64,000 nt of DNA, taken from positions 3,815 through 67,814 of the forward strand of contig JAZLDO010000040.1 of the NCBI GenBank assembly GCA_045614825.1, in the 5' to 3' direction. Origin of the DNA: Candidatus Aphodosoma sp. GTDB taxonomy: Bacteria; Bacteroidota; Bacteroidia; Bacteroidales; Paludibacteraceae. This document shows positions 50,701 to 58,500 of the stretch, in pieces (position 1 is the stretch's first letter; every line of letters starts with the position of its first letter). The notes beneath the pieces are model-generated. The model was not told where the DNA came from. It did not search any database and worked only from the letters and a program-made list of their open reading frames with translations. The position numbers were made by a program, and so were the translations under genes.

Positions 50701-51133
50701 TCAAATCATACACCCCTTTGGGCAAAAATATCTCTTTATATGCAATATTATAGATTTGAGCATTCTTATAAGAGAGTGTTTTCCCTCCATCCGAACTGAT
50801 ATACAAGGCATTATCACCCACAAAAGCATCAGCATTCGACATATACCATCTATTTTCTGCTTTTGCCGCATTAGGACCCACATTCAAGTTCCACGAACTA
50901 TATGTCGTCGTATCTTCAAAACCCTCAAAATATGGCAAATTAACATAACTTTGAGCTTGTATTCTCAATGCAACCACAGAAAACAACAACAAAAAAGCCA
51001 CACACAACCCTTTATAATTGTGTATAGCACACTTGTGGAACAAAAATTCTTGCTTCAAATCAAAACGGTTTTTCATAAAAAGAGAATAGATTTTATTTAT
51101 TAATAAGTTATGCGCCAGTGTTTTACAAAACAT
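47774..51133 (-). CDS. Secreted multidomain protein (1119 aa), collinear paralogue of the 1089-aa protein
   Basis: Same architecture as its neighbour, with h-region LCVAFLLLFSVVALRIQAQ. An alternative start at 51076 (MKNRF) is possible. Unknown domain at 49418-50131, two Cys repeats at 48599-48922, tail ...GVYLLELVIGDERLVRKVVVE. Confidence 0.85.
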   Translation of the reverse strand: MFCKTLAHNLLINKIYSLFMKNRFDLKQEFLFHKCAIHNYKGLCVAFLLLFSVVALRIQAQSYVNLPYFEGFEDTTTYSSWNLNVGPNAAKAENRWYMSNADAFVGDNALYISSDGGKTLSYKNAQIYNIAYKEIFLPKGVYDLSFTWKCEGEMGADGLYVCWVSTKMATNSSVTSEPTFIKNTKLVFDGVDFLCGSKEWKTSTTTITQQSTTMYKLVFVWKNDASNNNPSLPSIVIDNIQIGAQGCGKPENVRTSALSSDISVRWDGGATGYELMYRRYGESEVHHVTGINQTSYTVKGMEEGVYDIFVRSCCPDDTSVWVVQNNVLVYNALSHCIDFINWDIDGTECETGAHVPGGAFVNDKFYPNVTSGSVRIGAVDFGYNSGQSRHTKHYIPGEMDPRTGNELPTVPEGEVVSVRLGNWNMGGEFESVTYTHYLDSGSNMILLLKYAIVIEDPGHDRVEQPVFMLELLDEHDNPLDASGCGDANFVANTKELINNPNSDGTWHIINAGTPILWKEWTTVGINMTEYAKYGPLKFKIRLTVFDCAQGGHFGYAYYTLNCEEATIEGLSCGENAGANINAPIGFNYRWYRVRDNKTVCTTRNLQGIEKNDTALYRCKVMFAQDSTCYFELDASLLPKLPKAQFSPKWVPRFCNENYINFQNTSHVTTARGATGEKCETHRWYLKENGDWTLIHEGDSLMYRFPNGGGKFDVMLQTGISNDECIDDTIVTVNVPRLGAVIDTICDTICEGKSLKIEGRRYMQEGFYRVYRGTSFGGCDSTVYLDLKVIPKERDTISAYLCGDETYVLNGQEFSRSGKYRTVYKADSTSKCECDTVVTLFLTVAKLSMDESIKLCSGENLVLEYSDGETGFESYEIQFSDAAKAAGLKDVAKTPLMEGGVIDLKVSEISDKKDGVNPLIPGKYEMNVVFYYKDENGEMQKCVNAVGLDVLYSSKTIEQKFTNVITLLDTEHNGGFEFDHIQWYKNGVPMEGENDTYIYVQEEDINNSDIYTVGLIKKGEREEIMSCGLSFNVGTPVENVEALGVDIVSNKIDVGERVVVVFEEGYNDCVVRWWSVAGILVGEEVVVKDGYLSSTPQRQGVYLLELVIGDERLVRKVVVE

Positions 51134-51181
51134 CTTCCCATAACAGTTCTATCACACAACAAAACGCAATACATCAGCAGG

Positions 51182-51189
51182 CAAATTTA
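51182..51189 (-). promoter_or_regulatory. -7 box TAAATTTG upstream of the 1119-aa gene (head of the 30-kb locus)
   Basis: CAAATTTA on the plus strand, 49 nt before the ATG at 51133. Confidence 0.5.
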
Positions 51190-51304
51190 AGTAAAATAAT
51201 TGATATTCACAACAATTAAGACAAATAAAAATTAAATTACTACCATTTTTTACTTTTTTATACCACACAAATACTAAAACAATCTTTTTTTCGTTTTTTT
51301 TTCG

Positions 51305-51312
51305 TATCTTTG
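51305..51312 (+). promoter_or_regulatory. -7 box TATCTTTG upstream of the M23 peptidase gene
   Basis: 46 nt before the ATG. Confidence 0.65.
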
Positions 51313-51357
51313 CACTCTACTATTTTCATTTCCAAAAAGCACTAAAAAACACTATTT

Positions 51358-52239
51358 ATGAAAATAAAACTAACACTATTTTTACTAACAATCACTCTAT
51401 CGGTTTTCGCACAAGCCGACCCAACCTCAACATCCTCTTCTACTACAGACGAATCTTACAAAATCCCCGATTTAATCGAATTTTTCAACTCATATACTAC
51501 CTTTTCAGAGGGAGAAGAAGAACTCTCAACTTTCAACTCTCAACTTTCAACTCTCAATTCTAAACTCTCAATTCTAAATTCTAAAATTCCCCTCGATTCC
51601 CTCCCCGACTCACTCCATATCGCTTGTACCGACTATCACCCAATAACAACAAGTCAACGCATCACTTCTCGTTTCGGCATCCGTGGTTCACGTTTCCACT
51701 TTGGTGTTGATATCGGTATTCCATACGGCGACACTATTCGTTCTCCATTTTCAGGCACTGTGCGTCTTGCTACATATCAACGAGGCGGGTATGGTCGTTA
51801 CGTCATCATTACTCACGACAATGGACTCGAATCTGTGATGGCTCATTTTTCACGCACTTTGGTCAAAGAGGGACAACAAATCACAGCAGGTCAACCTGTC
51901 GGTTTAGCAGGTAGCACTGGTCGATCTACTGGGTCGCACCTACATCTCGAATTTCGACTATTTGGCAACCAATTTAACCCGGAAAAACTTATTGATTTCA
52001 ATACATTTAAAATCAACACTCAAGACGATGGTTATTATTTCATGACCATTGCCGATACCTATTCTCATCGCCCTCAACTCGAAGAGATGAAGCGTGCAGC
52101 ATACCACCGTGTTCGCTCTGGCGACACCCTTTCCCACATCGCAAAACGCTATGGCACAACGGTCAACCGCCTCTGCTCACTCAACCGAATCAAACCAACA
52201 TCAATCCTCCAAATCGGACAACGCATACGCTATAGATAA
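51358..52239 (+). CDS. M23 family metallopeptidase with C-terminal LysM domain
   Basis: 293 aa with signal peptide ...SVFAQ, M23 motifs HFGVDIG and GSHLHLEF, and Lys[30 protein letters not shown] heptamer-encoded linker lies at 51521-51590. Confidence 0.88.
   Translation: MKIKLTLFLLTITLSVFAQADPTSTSSSTTDESYKIPDLIEFFNSYTTFSEGEEELSTFNSQLSTLNSKLSILNSKIPLDSLPDSLHIACTDYHPITTSQRITSRFGIRGSRFHFGVDIGIPYGDTIRSPFSGTVRLATYQRGGYGRYVIITHDNGLESVMAHFSRTLVKEGQQITAGQPVGLAGSTGRSTGSHLHLEFRLFGNQFNPEKLIDFNTFKINTQDDGYYFMTIADTYSHRPQLEEMKRAAYHRVRSGDTLSHIAKRYGTTVNRLCSLNRIKPTSILQIGQRIRYR
51521..51590. repeat. Heptamer array, 10 units (AACTCTC/AACTTTC/AATTCTA) inside the M23 peptidase gene
   Basis: In frame, encoding [22 protein letters not shown]. 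Confidence 0.9.
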
Positions 52240-52240
52240 T

Positions 52241-52310
52241 GAGGAATTGAGAATTGAGAATTGAGAATGGAGAATGGAGAGTTGAGAATTGAGAATGGAG
52301 AATGGAGAAC
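52241..52310. repeat. Heptamer array, 10 units, GAGAATT/GGAGAAT orientation
   Basis: Starts at the M23 gene stop. It is the left arm of an inverted pair with 52846-52943. Confidence 0.9.
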
Positions 52311-52411
52311 CGAAGGTCTTTGAGCCTTTGGCGAAAAAATGTAGAATTGAGAGTTGAAGATCTTTGAGTCTTTGGCGATAAAAATTGAAAAACAAAAGAA
52401 AAATAAAGCAT

Positions 52412-52774
52412 ATGAAACCAAATATTGTTGCTGATAAAAGTAAACTTTTTGCGCTAAGAATCATAAAATTACATTACTTTTTGCTTGAAGAAAAAAAAGA
52501 ATATGTAATGTCTCGCCAAATACTTAAAAGTGGCACAAGTATTGGCGCAAATATTAGAGAAAGTAAAAATGCACAAAGCAACTTAGACTTCATAAATAAA
52601 CTTTCTATTGCCTTAAAAGAAGCTGACGAAACAGCTTATTGGCTCGAACTTCTATCCGAAAGCTCTATAATTGATCAAAAACAATTTGATTCATTATACT
52701 CTGATTTAGATGAAATCATATCGCTGTTAATTTCAATTATAAAAACAACAAAAAATAATATTAACAAGAATTGA
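52412..52774 (+). CDS. Four-helix-bundle protein (23S rRNA intervening-sequence protein / Avd-like family)
   Basis: 120 aa from the ATG at 52412 (the track start 52385 is TTG). Family-typical motifs are present: QILKSGTSIGANIRES....S..DFINKLSIALKEADETAYWLELL. Confidence 0.7.
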   Translation: MKPNIVADKSKLFALRIIKLHYFLLEEKKEYVMSRQILKSGTSIGANIRESKNAQSNLDFINKLSIALKEADETAYWLELLSESSIIDQKQFDSLYSDLDEIISLLISIIKTTKNNINKN

Positions 52775-52845
52775 AAATAAATTTGTTAAGTATGGTAAAT
52801 GCTAATTGAATATAATTGAATGTAATAGAGTGAATATAATTGAGC

Positions 52846-52943
52846 TTTTCTCAATTCTCAATTCTCAATTCTCAACTCTCCATTCTCAATTCCCAATTCT
52901 CCATTCTCAACTCTCAATTCTCAATTCTCAATTCTCAATTCAA
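52846..52943. repeat. Heptamer array, 14 units, AATTCTC/AACTCTC/CATTCTC orientation
   Basis: Ends 1 nt before the lpdA ATG. It is the reverse complement of the 52241-52310 array type. Confidence 0.92.
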
Positions 52944-52944
52944 A

Positions 52945-54282
52945 ATGTTTCAACTAGCAGTCTTAGGTGGTGGCCCTGCGGGCTACACCGCAGCCGAACG
53001 AGCTGCACAAGCCGGACTCAACGTGGTCCTTTTCGAAAAAAATGCACTTGGTGGCACATGTCTAAACGTTGGTTGTATCCCAACCAAAACTCTCCTCTAT
53101 TCGTCTAAACTCTACTACAATGCTGTCAACAGTAGCAAGTATGGCGTTAAAGCTGAGGGTGTACAATTCGAATACGACAAAATCGTAGCTCGCAAAAACA
53201 AAGTAGTGCGTAAACTCATCGCTGGTATCAAAGCCAAAATGACCAACAACAACGTAACTGTCATCAATGGCGAAGCTACAGTTGTCGAAAATGCTAATGG
53301 CGTAGTTACTATTGCCTGTGGCGACGAACAATACCAAGCCGAAAAACTCCTTATTTGTACAGGCTCACAAGTTGCTATCCCACCAATCCCAGGTGTCGAT
53401 ACAGCTGAATATTGGACCTCTACCGAAGCCCTCGAAACTAAAGAAGTACCTGAATCACTCGTAGTTATCGGCGGTGGCGTTATCGGTATCGAATTTGCTG
53501 GTCTTTTTGCTACATTTGGCACAAAAGTTACTGTCATCGAAATGGCACCAGAAATCCTCCCTGGTATTGATACAGAAATATCTGCTATGCTCCGTGCCGA
53601 ATTGGCTAAAAAAGGCGTAGAATTCCACCTCTCTTCTAAAGTGCTCCATGTAGCCACAGGTTGCGTAACATATTCTGACTCAGAAGGCGAACACAAAGCC
53701 GAAGCCACTAACGTGCTTCTCTGCGTAGGTCGCAAACCAAACCTCGCTGGCACCGAAGCTCTCGGACTCGAACCTTTCCGCAATGGCATCAAAGTAGATG
53801 AGCACATGCGCACATCTGTGTCTAACGTATGGGCAGCTGGCGACGTTACAGCATTCTCATTGCTCGCTCACACTGCAGTGCGCGAAGCCGAAGTGGCTGT
53901 TAATGATATTGCTGGTATCGACGATCGCATGCACTATCGTGCTATCCCAGGTGTAATTTACACATCTCCTGAAGTAGCTGGTTGTGGTGCTACTGAAGAT
54001 GCTCTTAAAGCCGAAGGTCGTGAATATCACGTACACAAACTCGCTATGACCTATTCTGGTCGTTTCGTAGCCGAAAACGAAGGTGGCAATGGTATCTGCA
54101 AAATCATCACCGATGCCGACAATCATGTAATTGGCGCACACCTCATTGGCAATCCAGCATCAGAGTTGATATCAACAGCATGCGTAGCCATCGAAGCAGG
54201 CATGACTATTGAGCAACTCCGCAAAGTGGTATTCCCACACCCAACAGTTGCTGAGATTTTCAAAGAAACCATTTGCGAGTAA
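52945..54282 (+). CDS. lpdA: Dihydrolipoyl dehydrogenase
   Basis: 445 aa from the ATG at 52945 (MFQLAVLGGGPAGY FAD motif) with redox-active GGTCLNVGCIPTK and the C-terminal HPT.AE interface. The 35 upstream codons in the track are a translated heptamer array starting at TTG. Confidence 0.9.
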   Translation: MFQLAVLGGGPAGYTAAERAAQAGLNVVLFEKNALGGTCLNVGCIPTKTLLYSSKLYYNAVNSSKYGVKAEGVQFEYDKIVARKNKVVRKLIAGIKAKMTNNNVTVINGEATVVENANGVVTIACGDEQYQAEKLLICTGSQVAIPPIPGVDTAEYWTSTEALETKEVPESLVVIGGGVIGIEFAGLFATFGTKVTVIEMAPEILPGIDTEISAMLRAELAKKGVEFHLSSKVLHVATGCVTYSDSEGEHKAEATNVLLCVGRKPNLAGTEALGLEPFRNGIKVDEHMRTSVSNVWAAGDVTAFSLLAHTAVREAEVAVNDIAGIDDRMHYRAIPGVIYTSPEVAGCGATEDALKAEGREYHVHKLAMTYSGRFVAENEGGNGICKIITDADNHVIGAHLIGNPASELISTACVAIEAGMTIEQLRKVVFPHPTVAEIFKETICE

Positions 54283-54388
54283 GCGAGAGCAAAGTCAAGC
54301 TTGCTTGAGCTTTGCCGAGCATGAGCAATATCTTGAGCGAAGCGAAAAATTTCTGAATAACAATAAGGTTGTCTAATTAGTACAAGGG

Positions 54389-54412
54389 GTTGTCTAATTA
54401 GGCAACTTTTTT
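54389..54412 (+). terminator. Intrinsic terminator downstream of lpdA
   Basis: GTTGTCTAATTAGGCAAC + TTTTTT. Confidence 0.6.
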
Positions 54413-54426
54413 AATATGTAGCAACA

Positions 54427-54470
54427 CCCAATATTGTCCCCCTGTCTTAGGGCTCGAGCGTCCGCAAGGA
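54427..54470 (+). repeat. GC-rich dispersed repeat with CCCCCTGTCTTAGGG(GG) hairpin core, copy 1
   Basis: CCCAATATTGTCCCCCTGTCTTAGGGCTCGAGCGTCCGCAAGG. Confidence 0.75.
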
Positions 54471-54543
54471 AAGTTAAAAACAGGGAACTTTTACAAAATA
54501 CCACAAAAACACTCAATGGTTTTGATAATTAAAACTATTTTTG

Positions 54544-54551
54544 TAACTTTG
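54544..54551 (+). promoter_or_regulatory. -7 box TAACTTTG upstream of the kinase-like ORF
   Basis: 34 nt before the ATG at 54585. Confidence 0.65.
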
Positions 54552-54584
54552 CACAAAAATAAAAAGGTAAAAATATCCATAGAA

Positions 54585-55382
54585 ATGGAACAATATACAA
54601 ATGAAAATTTAACTTTAGAATCTATATATACGTCTATTGAAAGTAATGGTTTTACCTATTATACATTAGAAAAAATAGATCAATATACACAAGAAATACT
54701 AAATGGAAAAACAAATCTTATTCAATTCAATCAACAAGAGCATGCAGGCCTCTGCTGTGCAGGTGAGGTGCTCATTGGGGCGTACATCGTATGCAACTAC
54801 GCGAGAAAATGCCTTGAGGCAAGTTCAGATACTTCAACAAGCGAAAGAATCCCATCAAATTGGGAAATAGATGAACTACAAGAGAAGTTAGTTCAACAAT
54901 GGGCAGAAGCAAAACAGATTTGGTTTGCTAATGCAGAATATGATATTGAATCAGAATATGGTCCAATAATAGCGCAAGGTGCAGAGGCAAAAGTATATTA
55001 TAAAACAGGAGATTCGTCTGTAATAAAACTTCGCACTTCCATATATGCCACTTTGAGCAAAGCCTTAGAAGCAATTGTATTACACAATGCATTATTTCCA
55101 GAAACTCAAATGAATGTAATTGGCTTTATGCGAGATTCAGATGAATTATTTAGATTTATACTTACACAACCTTATGTAGGGTGCAAACGCCTTGCAACAA
55201 AACAAGAAATTGATATCCTTGTGGGAAACTTAGGATTTGAAGATAATTGGAATGGAGAAGGTATAAACTACAAAAGCGACCGACTTTCATTAGAAGATAT
55301 GCATCCTGCGAATGTTTTTATTGATACAATTTCAGACAAAGCCATTTGTATTGATTGTATAGTGAAATTTATAAGAAAATAA
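54585..55382 (+). CDS. Hypothetical protein with a protein-kinase-like signature in its C-terminal half
   Basis: 265 aa from the ATG at 54585; the track start 54516 lies upstream of the -7 box at 54544-54551. A Gly-loop-like AQGAEAKVYYK and a catalytic-loop-like LEDMHPANVFID resemble small PKL/RIO/Kdo-kinase-type folds. No signal peptide. Confidence 0.55.
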   Translation: MEQYTNENLTLESIYTSIESNGFTYYTLEKIDQYTQEILNGKTNLIQFNQQEHAGLCCAGEVLIGAYIVCNYARKCLEASSDTSTSERIPSNWEIDELQEKLVQQWAEAKQIWFANAEYDIESEYGPIIAQGAEAKVYYKTGDSSVIKLRTSIYATLSKALEAIVLHNALFPETQMNVIGFMRDSDELFRFILTQPYVGCKRLATKQEIDILVGNLGFEDNWNGEGINYKSDRLSLEDMHPANVFIDTISDKAICIDCIVKFIRK

Positions 55383-55394
55383 ATTAAAAAATAC

Positions 55395-55433
55395 AAAAAA
55401 AGACGCAAAATAATTTAGTTTTGCGTCTTTTTT
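55395..55433 (+). terminator. Intrinsic terminator downstream of the kinase-like ORF
   Basis: AAAAAAGACGCAAAA-TAATTTAG-TTTTGCGTCTTTTTT. Confidence 0.85.
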
Positions 55434-55513
55434 ATTATAGTAATGATAGATAGGTTAGAGGTTAGAGAGTAATTAGTAATAAAATCCTTATTACTTATTC
55501 CCTAATTTAAAAA

Positions 55514-55547
55514 CCCCTCCCCTCTTCGTTTGCCTTCGGCGACCTCC
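55514..55547 (-). repeat. Second GC-rich repeat type (GGARGTCGCCGAAGGCAA...AGAGGGGAGGGG), copy 1
   Basis: The reverse complement, GGAGGTCGCCGAAGGCAAACGAAGAGGGGAGGGG, matches 62142-62178. Confidence 0.65.
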
Positions 55548-55590
55548 TTCTTGCAAGGCATAATGCAAATAAATCTGCCTTCTGCTCTTG

Positions 55591-55634
55591 CAGCGAGCGT
55601 CAGTTCCCCTAAGACAGGGGAGGAATATGTGCCC
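55591..55634 (-). repeat. GC-rich dispersed repeat, copy 2 (inverted)
   Basis: The reverse complement reads GGGCACATATTCCTCCCCTGTCTTAGGGGAACTGACGCTCGCTG. Confidence 0.7.
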
Positions 55635-55636
55635 GA

Positions 55637-55685
55637 CCCCAATATTGTCCCCCTGTCTTAGGGGGACGAGCGAAGCGGAGGGGGT
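55637..55685 (+). repeat. GC-rich dispersed repeat, copy 3
   Basis: CCCCAATATTGTCCCCCTGTCTTAGGGGGACGAGCGAAGCGGAGGGGG. Confidence 0.8.
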
Positions 55686-55920
55686 AAAATAAAGAGGGGG
55701 TTAATAAAGGAGGATTTTAAAAATCCTATTTTACAGATAATTACATAAAATGTACAAATAAAACGGCGGTTGTTTTTTGACGGTTTTCTATGGAGCAGTT
55801 TGCTCGCACCTATTATGAGAGTAAGGAGAGGATTTTATTTGTACATTTCGACATTTTTCCCCAAAAACATCCACACAAAAAAACAAAAAAACACCTCTTG
55901 CATATATAAAAAAAAAATCG

Positions 55921-55928
55921 TAACTTTG
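55921..55928 (+). promoter_or_regulatory. -7 box TAACTTTG upstream of the 791-aa gene
   Basis: 73 nt before the ATG. Confidence 0.65.
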
Positions 55929-56000
55929 CACCCGATTTATTTTGCCTATATTGCAAGCAAATAACACACCTTAATATTAACAACTTAACACAATAAAACA

Positions 56001-58376
56001 ATGAAAAAACTTACACTTTTTCTTTTTGCTCTTTTAATCTCTTGCTCTGCGTGGGGAGCAAAAATATATCTTAAACCAAGTTCAGATTGGAAACAAAGTA
56101 ATGCTCGTTTTGCAGCGTATTTTTTTGGTAATGGAGAAAAATGGGTTAGCATGACTTGGGTTCCATGGGATAACGAAGTTTGTTATTGTGAGATGCCAAC
56201 TGGATATACTAAAGTTATTTTCTGTCGTATGAACCCTGGTAATACAGCAAATAACTGGAATAATAAATGGAATCAAACAGGTGATTTAAATATTCCTAAC
56301 AATGGGAATAATATGTTTGAGAACAAACAAGGAACGTGGGATGGAGCAACATCAAGTTGGTCAAAATATACAGAATACACTGTATACACATTGGATAGAG
56401 ATAAGGAGATATATTATACGAATGATAAAGACTGGAAAAATAATTTTCAATTTATAGTAGGTAGAAAAGCTAATAAAAATGATTATTCTACTGCATATAT
56501 GATGGCCAAAATAGATAATACAAATCTTTATTATTATAAAACAACAGAAAAATGGGAAAATTATAATGAATGGTCTGTTTTTCATACAACTGTAAATTGG
56601 GTTGGAGAAGATCACTCTGTCTCTCACAGAAAGGATTATTCTGAAGATAAAAGCGTAGGAATAGGCAACACAGAATTATCTGATTGTAATCTTCTATCTT
56701 ATGATGGAAAAGCAACAACACTAACAAATTATGAATCTCTCAACAACACTCAAACTATCAATGTAACAACTGATGGTGATGCATCAATAAAAGGTGGTTC
56801 AATTACTGCATCAACTTATTATTTAAGTGGAGCTAATACAGCAAGTGCAAGTACACCTTCTACTTCTGACGCAAAAACAACAATTTCTGCAGCTTATACA
56901 GCAACAGTAACACTCACTGCAACAGCTAAAACTGGTTACAAATTTGTTGGTTGGTATGAAGGCTCTACTGAAAAATCAACAAAAACAACATATTCTTATC
57001 CCGCTACGAATAGCACAAAAACTATAACTGCTAAATTCGAAGAACTTCCAAAAGATGTAGAATTCCAAGATCCATCAAAACTAGAAATTGGCAAAACTTA
57101 TGGTAAACTCTCTTACATACTTACAATGCCTCAGAATAGATGGTACTGGATTGTGTTACCTTACAATGTAAATGTTGATAGTATCACCACTTCTACTGGT
57201 GGCGGATGGAAAGATTTGGTATTCACTGAATATGATGCAAAGCGTCGTGCTAATGGTGAAAATGGATGGATTAACTGGAAAGAATATGGAGAAGCTAAGC
57301 CAACACAGCTTACAGCCAACAAAGGTTATGTAATCGGTCCTAAAGATGGTCCGTTCGATCAAGATGGTGTTTTTATAGTTACTTTCCCTTCTGCTTCTGC
57401 AACTAACACTGTGGCAGACTCTGTAAACCTCGCAACAACAGAAGCAACTGGCGAAAATGAAAAAGACAACAACTGGCACATCATCGGTACTGGTCTTTAT
57501 CATAATGCTTCACTTAAAGATATAAACTATGTAGCTCTTCCTGCGGTAGTTAATGGTAAAGATAGTTACGAATACAAATATATAACATCAAGTAAAGAAC
57601 CATTTTTTACAAATCCAATAGGCACTAACTCTTTTGCTCCATTCACAGCTTTCTTCGTACAACATGGTGGCACATACTCAGCAGAAGAAACTGCGGCTAC
57701 AACTTCTGCTGAACTCGCTCCTGTGGCTCGCGCTAAGGCACAAGAACAAGAACAAATCTACCTTATCAATATGAACGAGGCTCGCACCGTAGTTATCCTC
57801 AACGCTGAAGGATCTGAGGGATACACTGCTGGCGAAGACTTCCTCGAAATGAATGGTAAAGGCATCAACCTCATCTACTCGTTCGATGGCAACGATGCCC
57901 TCGCTTTCAACCACCGCGCTCCAGAAGCTCAATCAATCGCTCTCGGTGGCTATGTGGCTACTGCTGGCGAACAAACTATCTCGCTCAACGCTTACAATGG
58001 TAACGCCGAAGCTGTTACTCTTATTGATAACCTCACTGGCGAAACTGTCGATCTCCTCGTTGACAACTACACATTCAATGCCGAAGTTGGCTCTCTCGAT
58101 GGTCGCTTCACTGTAGTATTCGCAGCGCAAAAAGCTGGCGACACTACTGTAGATTGCTACAACTCAGTGGCTAACCAAGTGATTGCATACGGCACAGCCG
58201 ACCACTGCACAGTGAGCGGTCTCACTGCTGGCGAAGCAATCGTAGTATATAACACAATGGGACAACTTGTATTCGCATCTATTGCCGACAGCGAAACAAT
58301 CACTCTCCCATCTCTCACCGCTGGCAACTACCTCATCCTCCACAACGGAACAACAAATAAGGTAGCACTTCGATAA
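56001..58376 (+). CDS. Secreted protein (791 aa) with a T9SS-type C-terminal sorting domain
   Basis: Signal peptide MKKLTLFLFALLISCSAWGA, possibly with a lipobox. The N-terminus is a W-rich CBM25/26-like module (KIYLKPSSDWKQSNARFAAYFFG...VIFCRMN...NQTGDL). A Listeria-Bacteroides-type repeat is present (KTGYKFVGWYEGS...TITAKFE). Tail: ...GEAIVVYNTMGQLVFAS...LTAGNYLILHNGTTNKVALR. Confidence 0.8.
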   Translation: MKKLTLFLFALLISCSAWGAKIYLKPSSDWKQSNARFAAYFFGNGEKWVSMTWVPWDNEVCYCEMPTGYTKVIFCRMNPGNTANNWNNKWNQTGDLNIPNNGNNMFENKQGTWDGATSSWSKYTEYTVYTLDRDKEIYYTNDKDWKNNFQFIVGRKANKNDYSTAYMMAKIDNTNLYYYKTTEKWENYNEWSVFHTTVNWVGEDHSVSHRKDYSEDKSVGIGNTELSDCNLLSYDGKATTLTNYESLNNTQTINVTTDGDASIKGGSITASTYYLSGANTASASTPSTSDAKTTISAAYTATVTLTATAKTGYKFVGWYEGSTEKSTKTTYSYPATNSTKTITAKFEELPKDVEFQDPSKLEIGKTYGKLSYILTMPQNRWYWIVLPYNVNVDSITTSTGGGWKDLVFTEYDAKRRANGENGWINWKEYGEAKPTQLTANKGYVIGPKDGPFDQDGVFIVTFPSASATNTVADSVNLATTEATGENEKDNNWHIIGTGLYHNASLKDINYVALPAVVNGKDSYEYKYITSSKEPFFTNPIGTNSFAPFTAFFVQHGGTYSAEETAATTSAELAPVARAKAQEQEQIYLINMNEARTVVILNAEGSEGYTAGEDFLEMNGKGINLIYSFDGNDALAFNHRAPEAQSIALGGYVATAGEQTISLNAYNGNAEAVTLIDNLTGETVDLLVDNYTFNAEVGSLDGRFTVVFAAQKAGDTTVDCYNSVANQVIAYGTADHCTVSGLTAGEAIVVYNTMGQLVFASIADSETITLPSLTAGNYLILHNGTTNKVALR

Positions 58377-58386
58377 TTATTATAGT

Positions 58387-58407
58387 CAACTGACAACAAT
58401 CAACTGA
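58387..58407. repeat. Heptamer array CAACTGA CAACAAT CAACTGA within the 8-bp inverted repeat TATAGTCA/TGACTATA
   Basis: Lies directly after the stop of the 791-aa gene. Confidence 0.7.
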
Positions 58408-58416
58408 CTATAGATT

Positions 58417-58470
58417 ACCCCCCTCGTCCTTCGGACACTCCCCCTAAAACAGGGGAAGAATAATGGGTAC
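58417..58470 (-). repeat. GC-rich dispersed repeat, copy 4 (inverted)
   Basis: The reverse complement reads TACCCATTATTCTTCCCCTGTTTTAGGGGGAGTGTCCGAAGGACGAGGGGG. Confidence 0.75.
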
Positions 58471-58500
58471 TCTAATGTGCTTTCCTAAAACAAGATAAGA

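Noticed and set aside
52412-52774. Diversity-generating retroelement, because the four-helix-bundle protein is Avd-like
   Set aside because: The window contains no reverse transcriptase and no template/variable repeat pair with A-specific mismatches.
52190-53108. Small ORFs (63-100 aa) translating to SILNSQF-type peptides, plus the TTG-initiated 35-codon extension of lpdA
   Set aside because: These are read-throughs of the heptamer arrays in their stop-free orientation. There are no independent start signals, and the lpdA FAD motif begins at the Met at 52945.
53115-53813. 232-aa minus-strand ORF
   Set aside because: It is antisense to lpdA, which has unambiguous FAD/NAD and redox-disulfide motifs.
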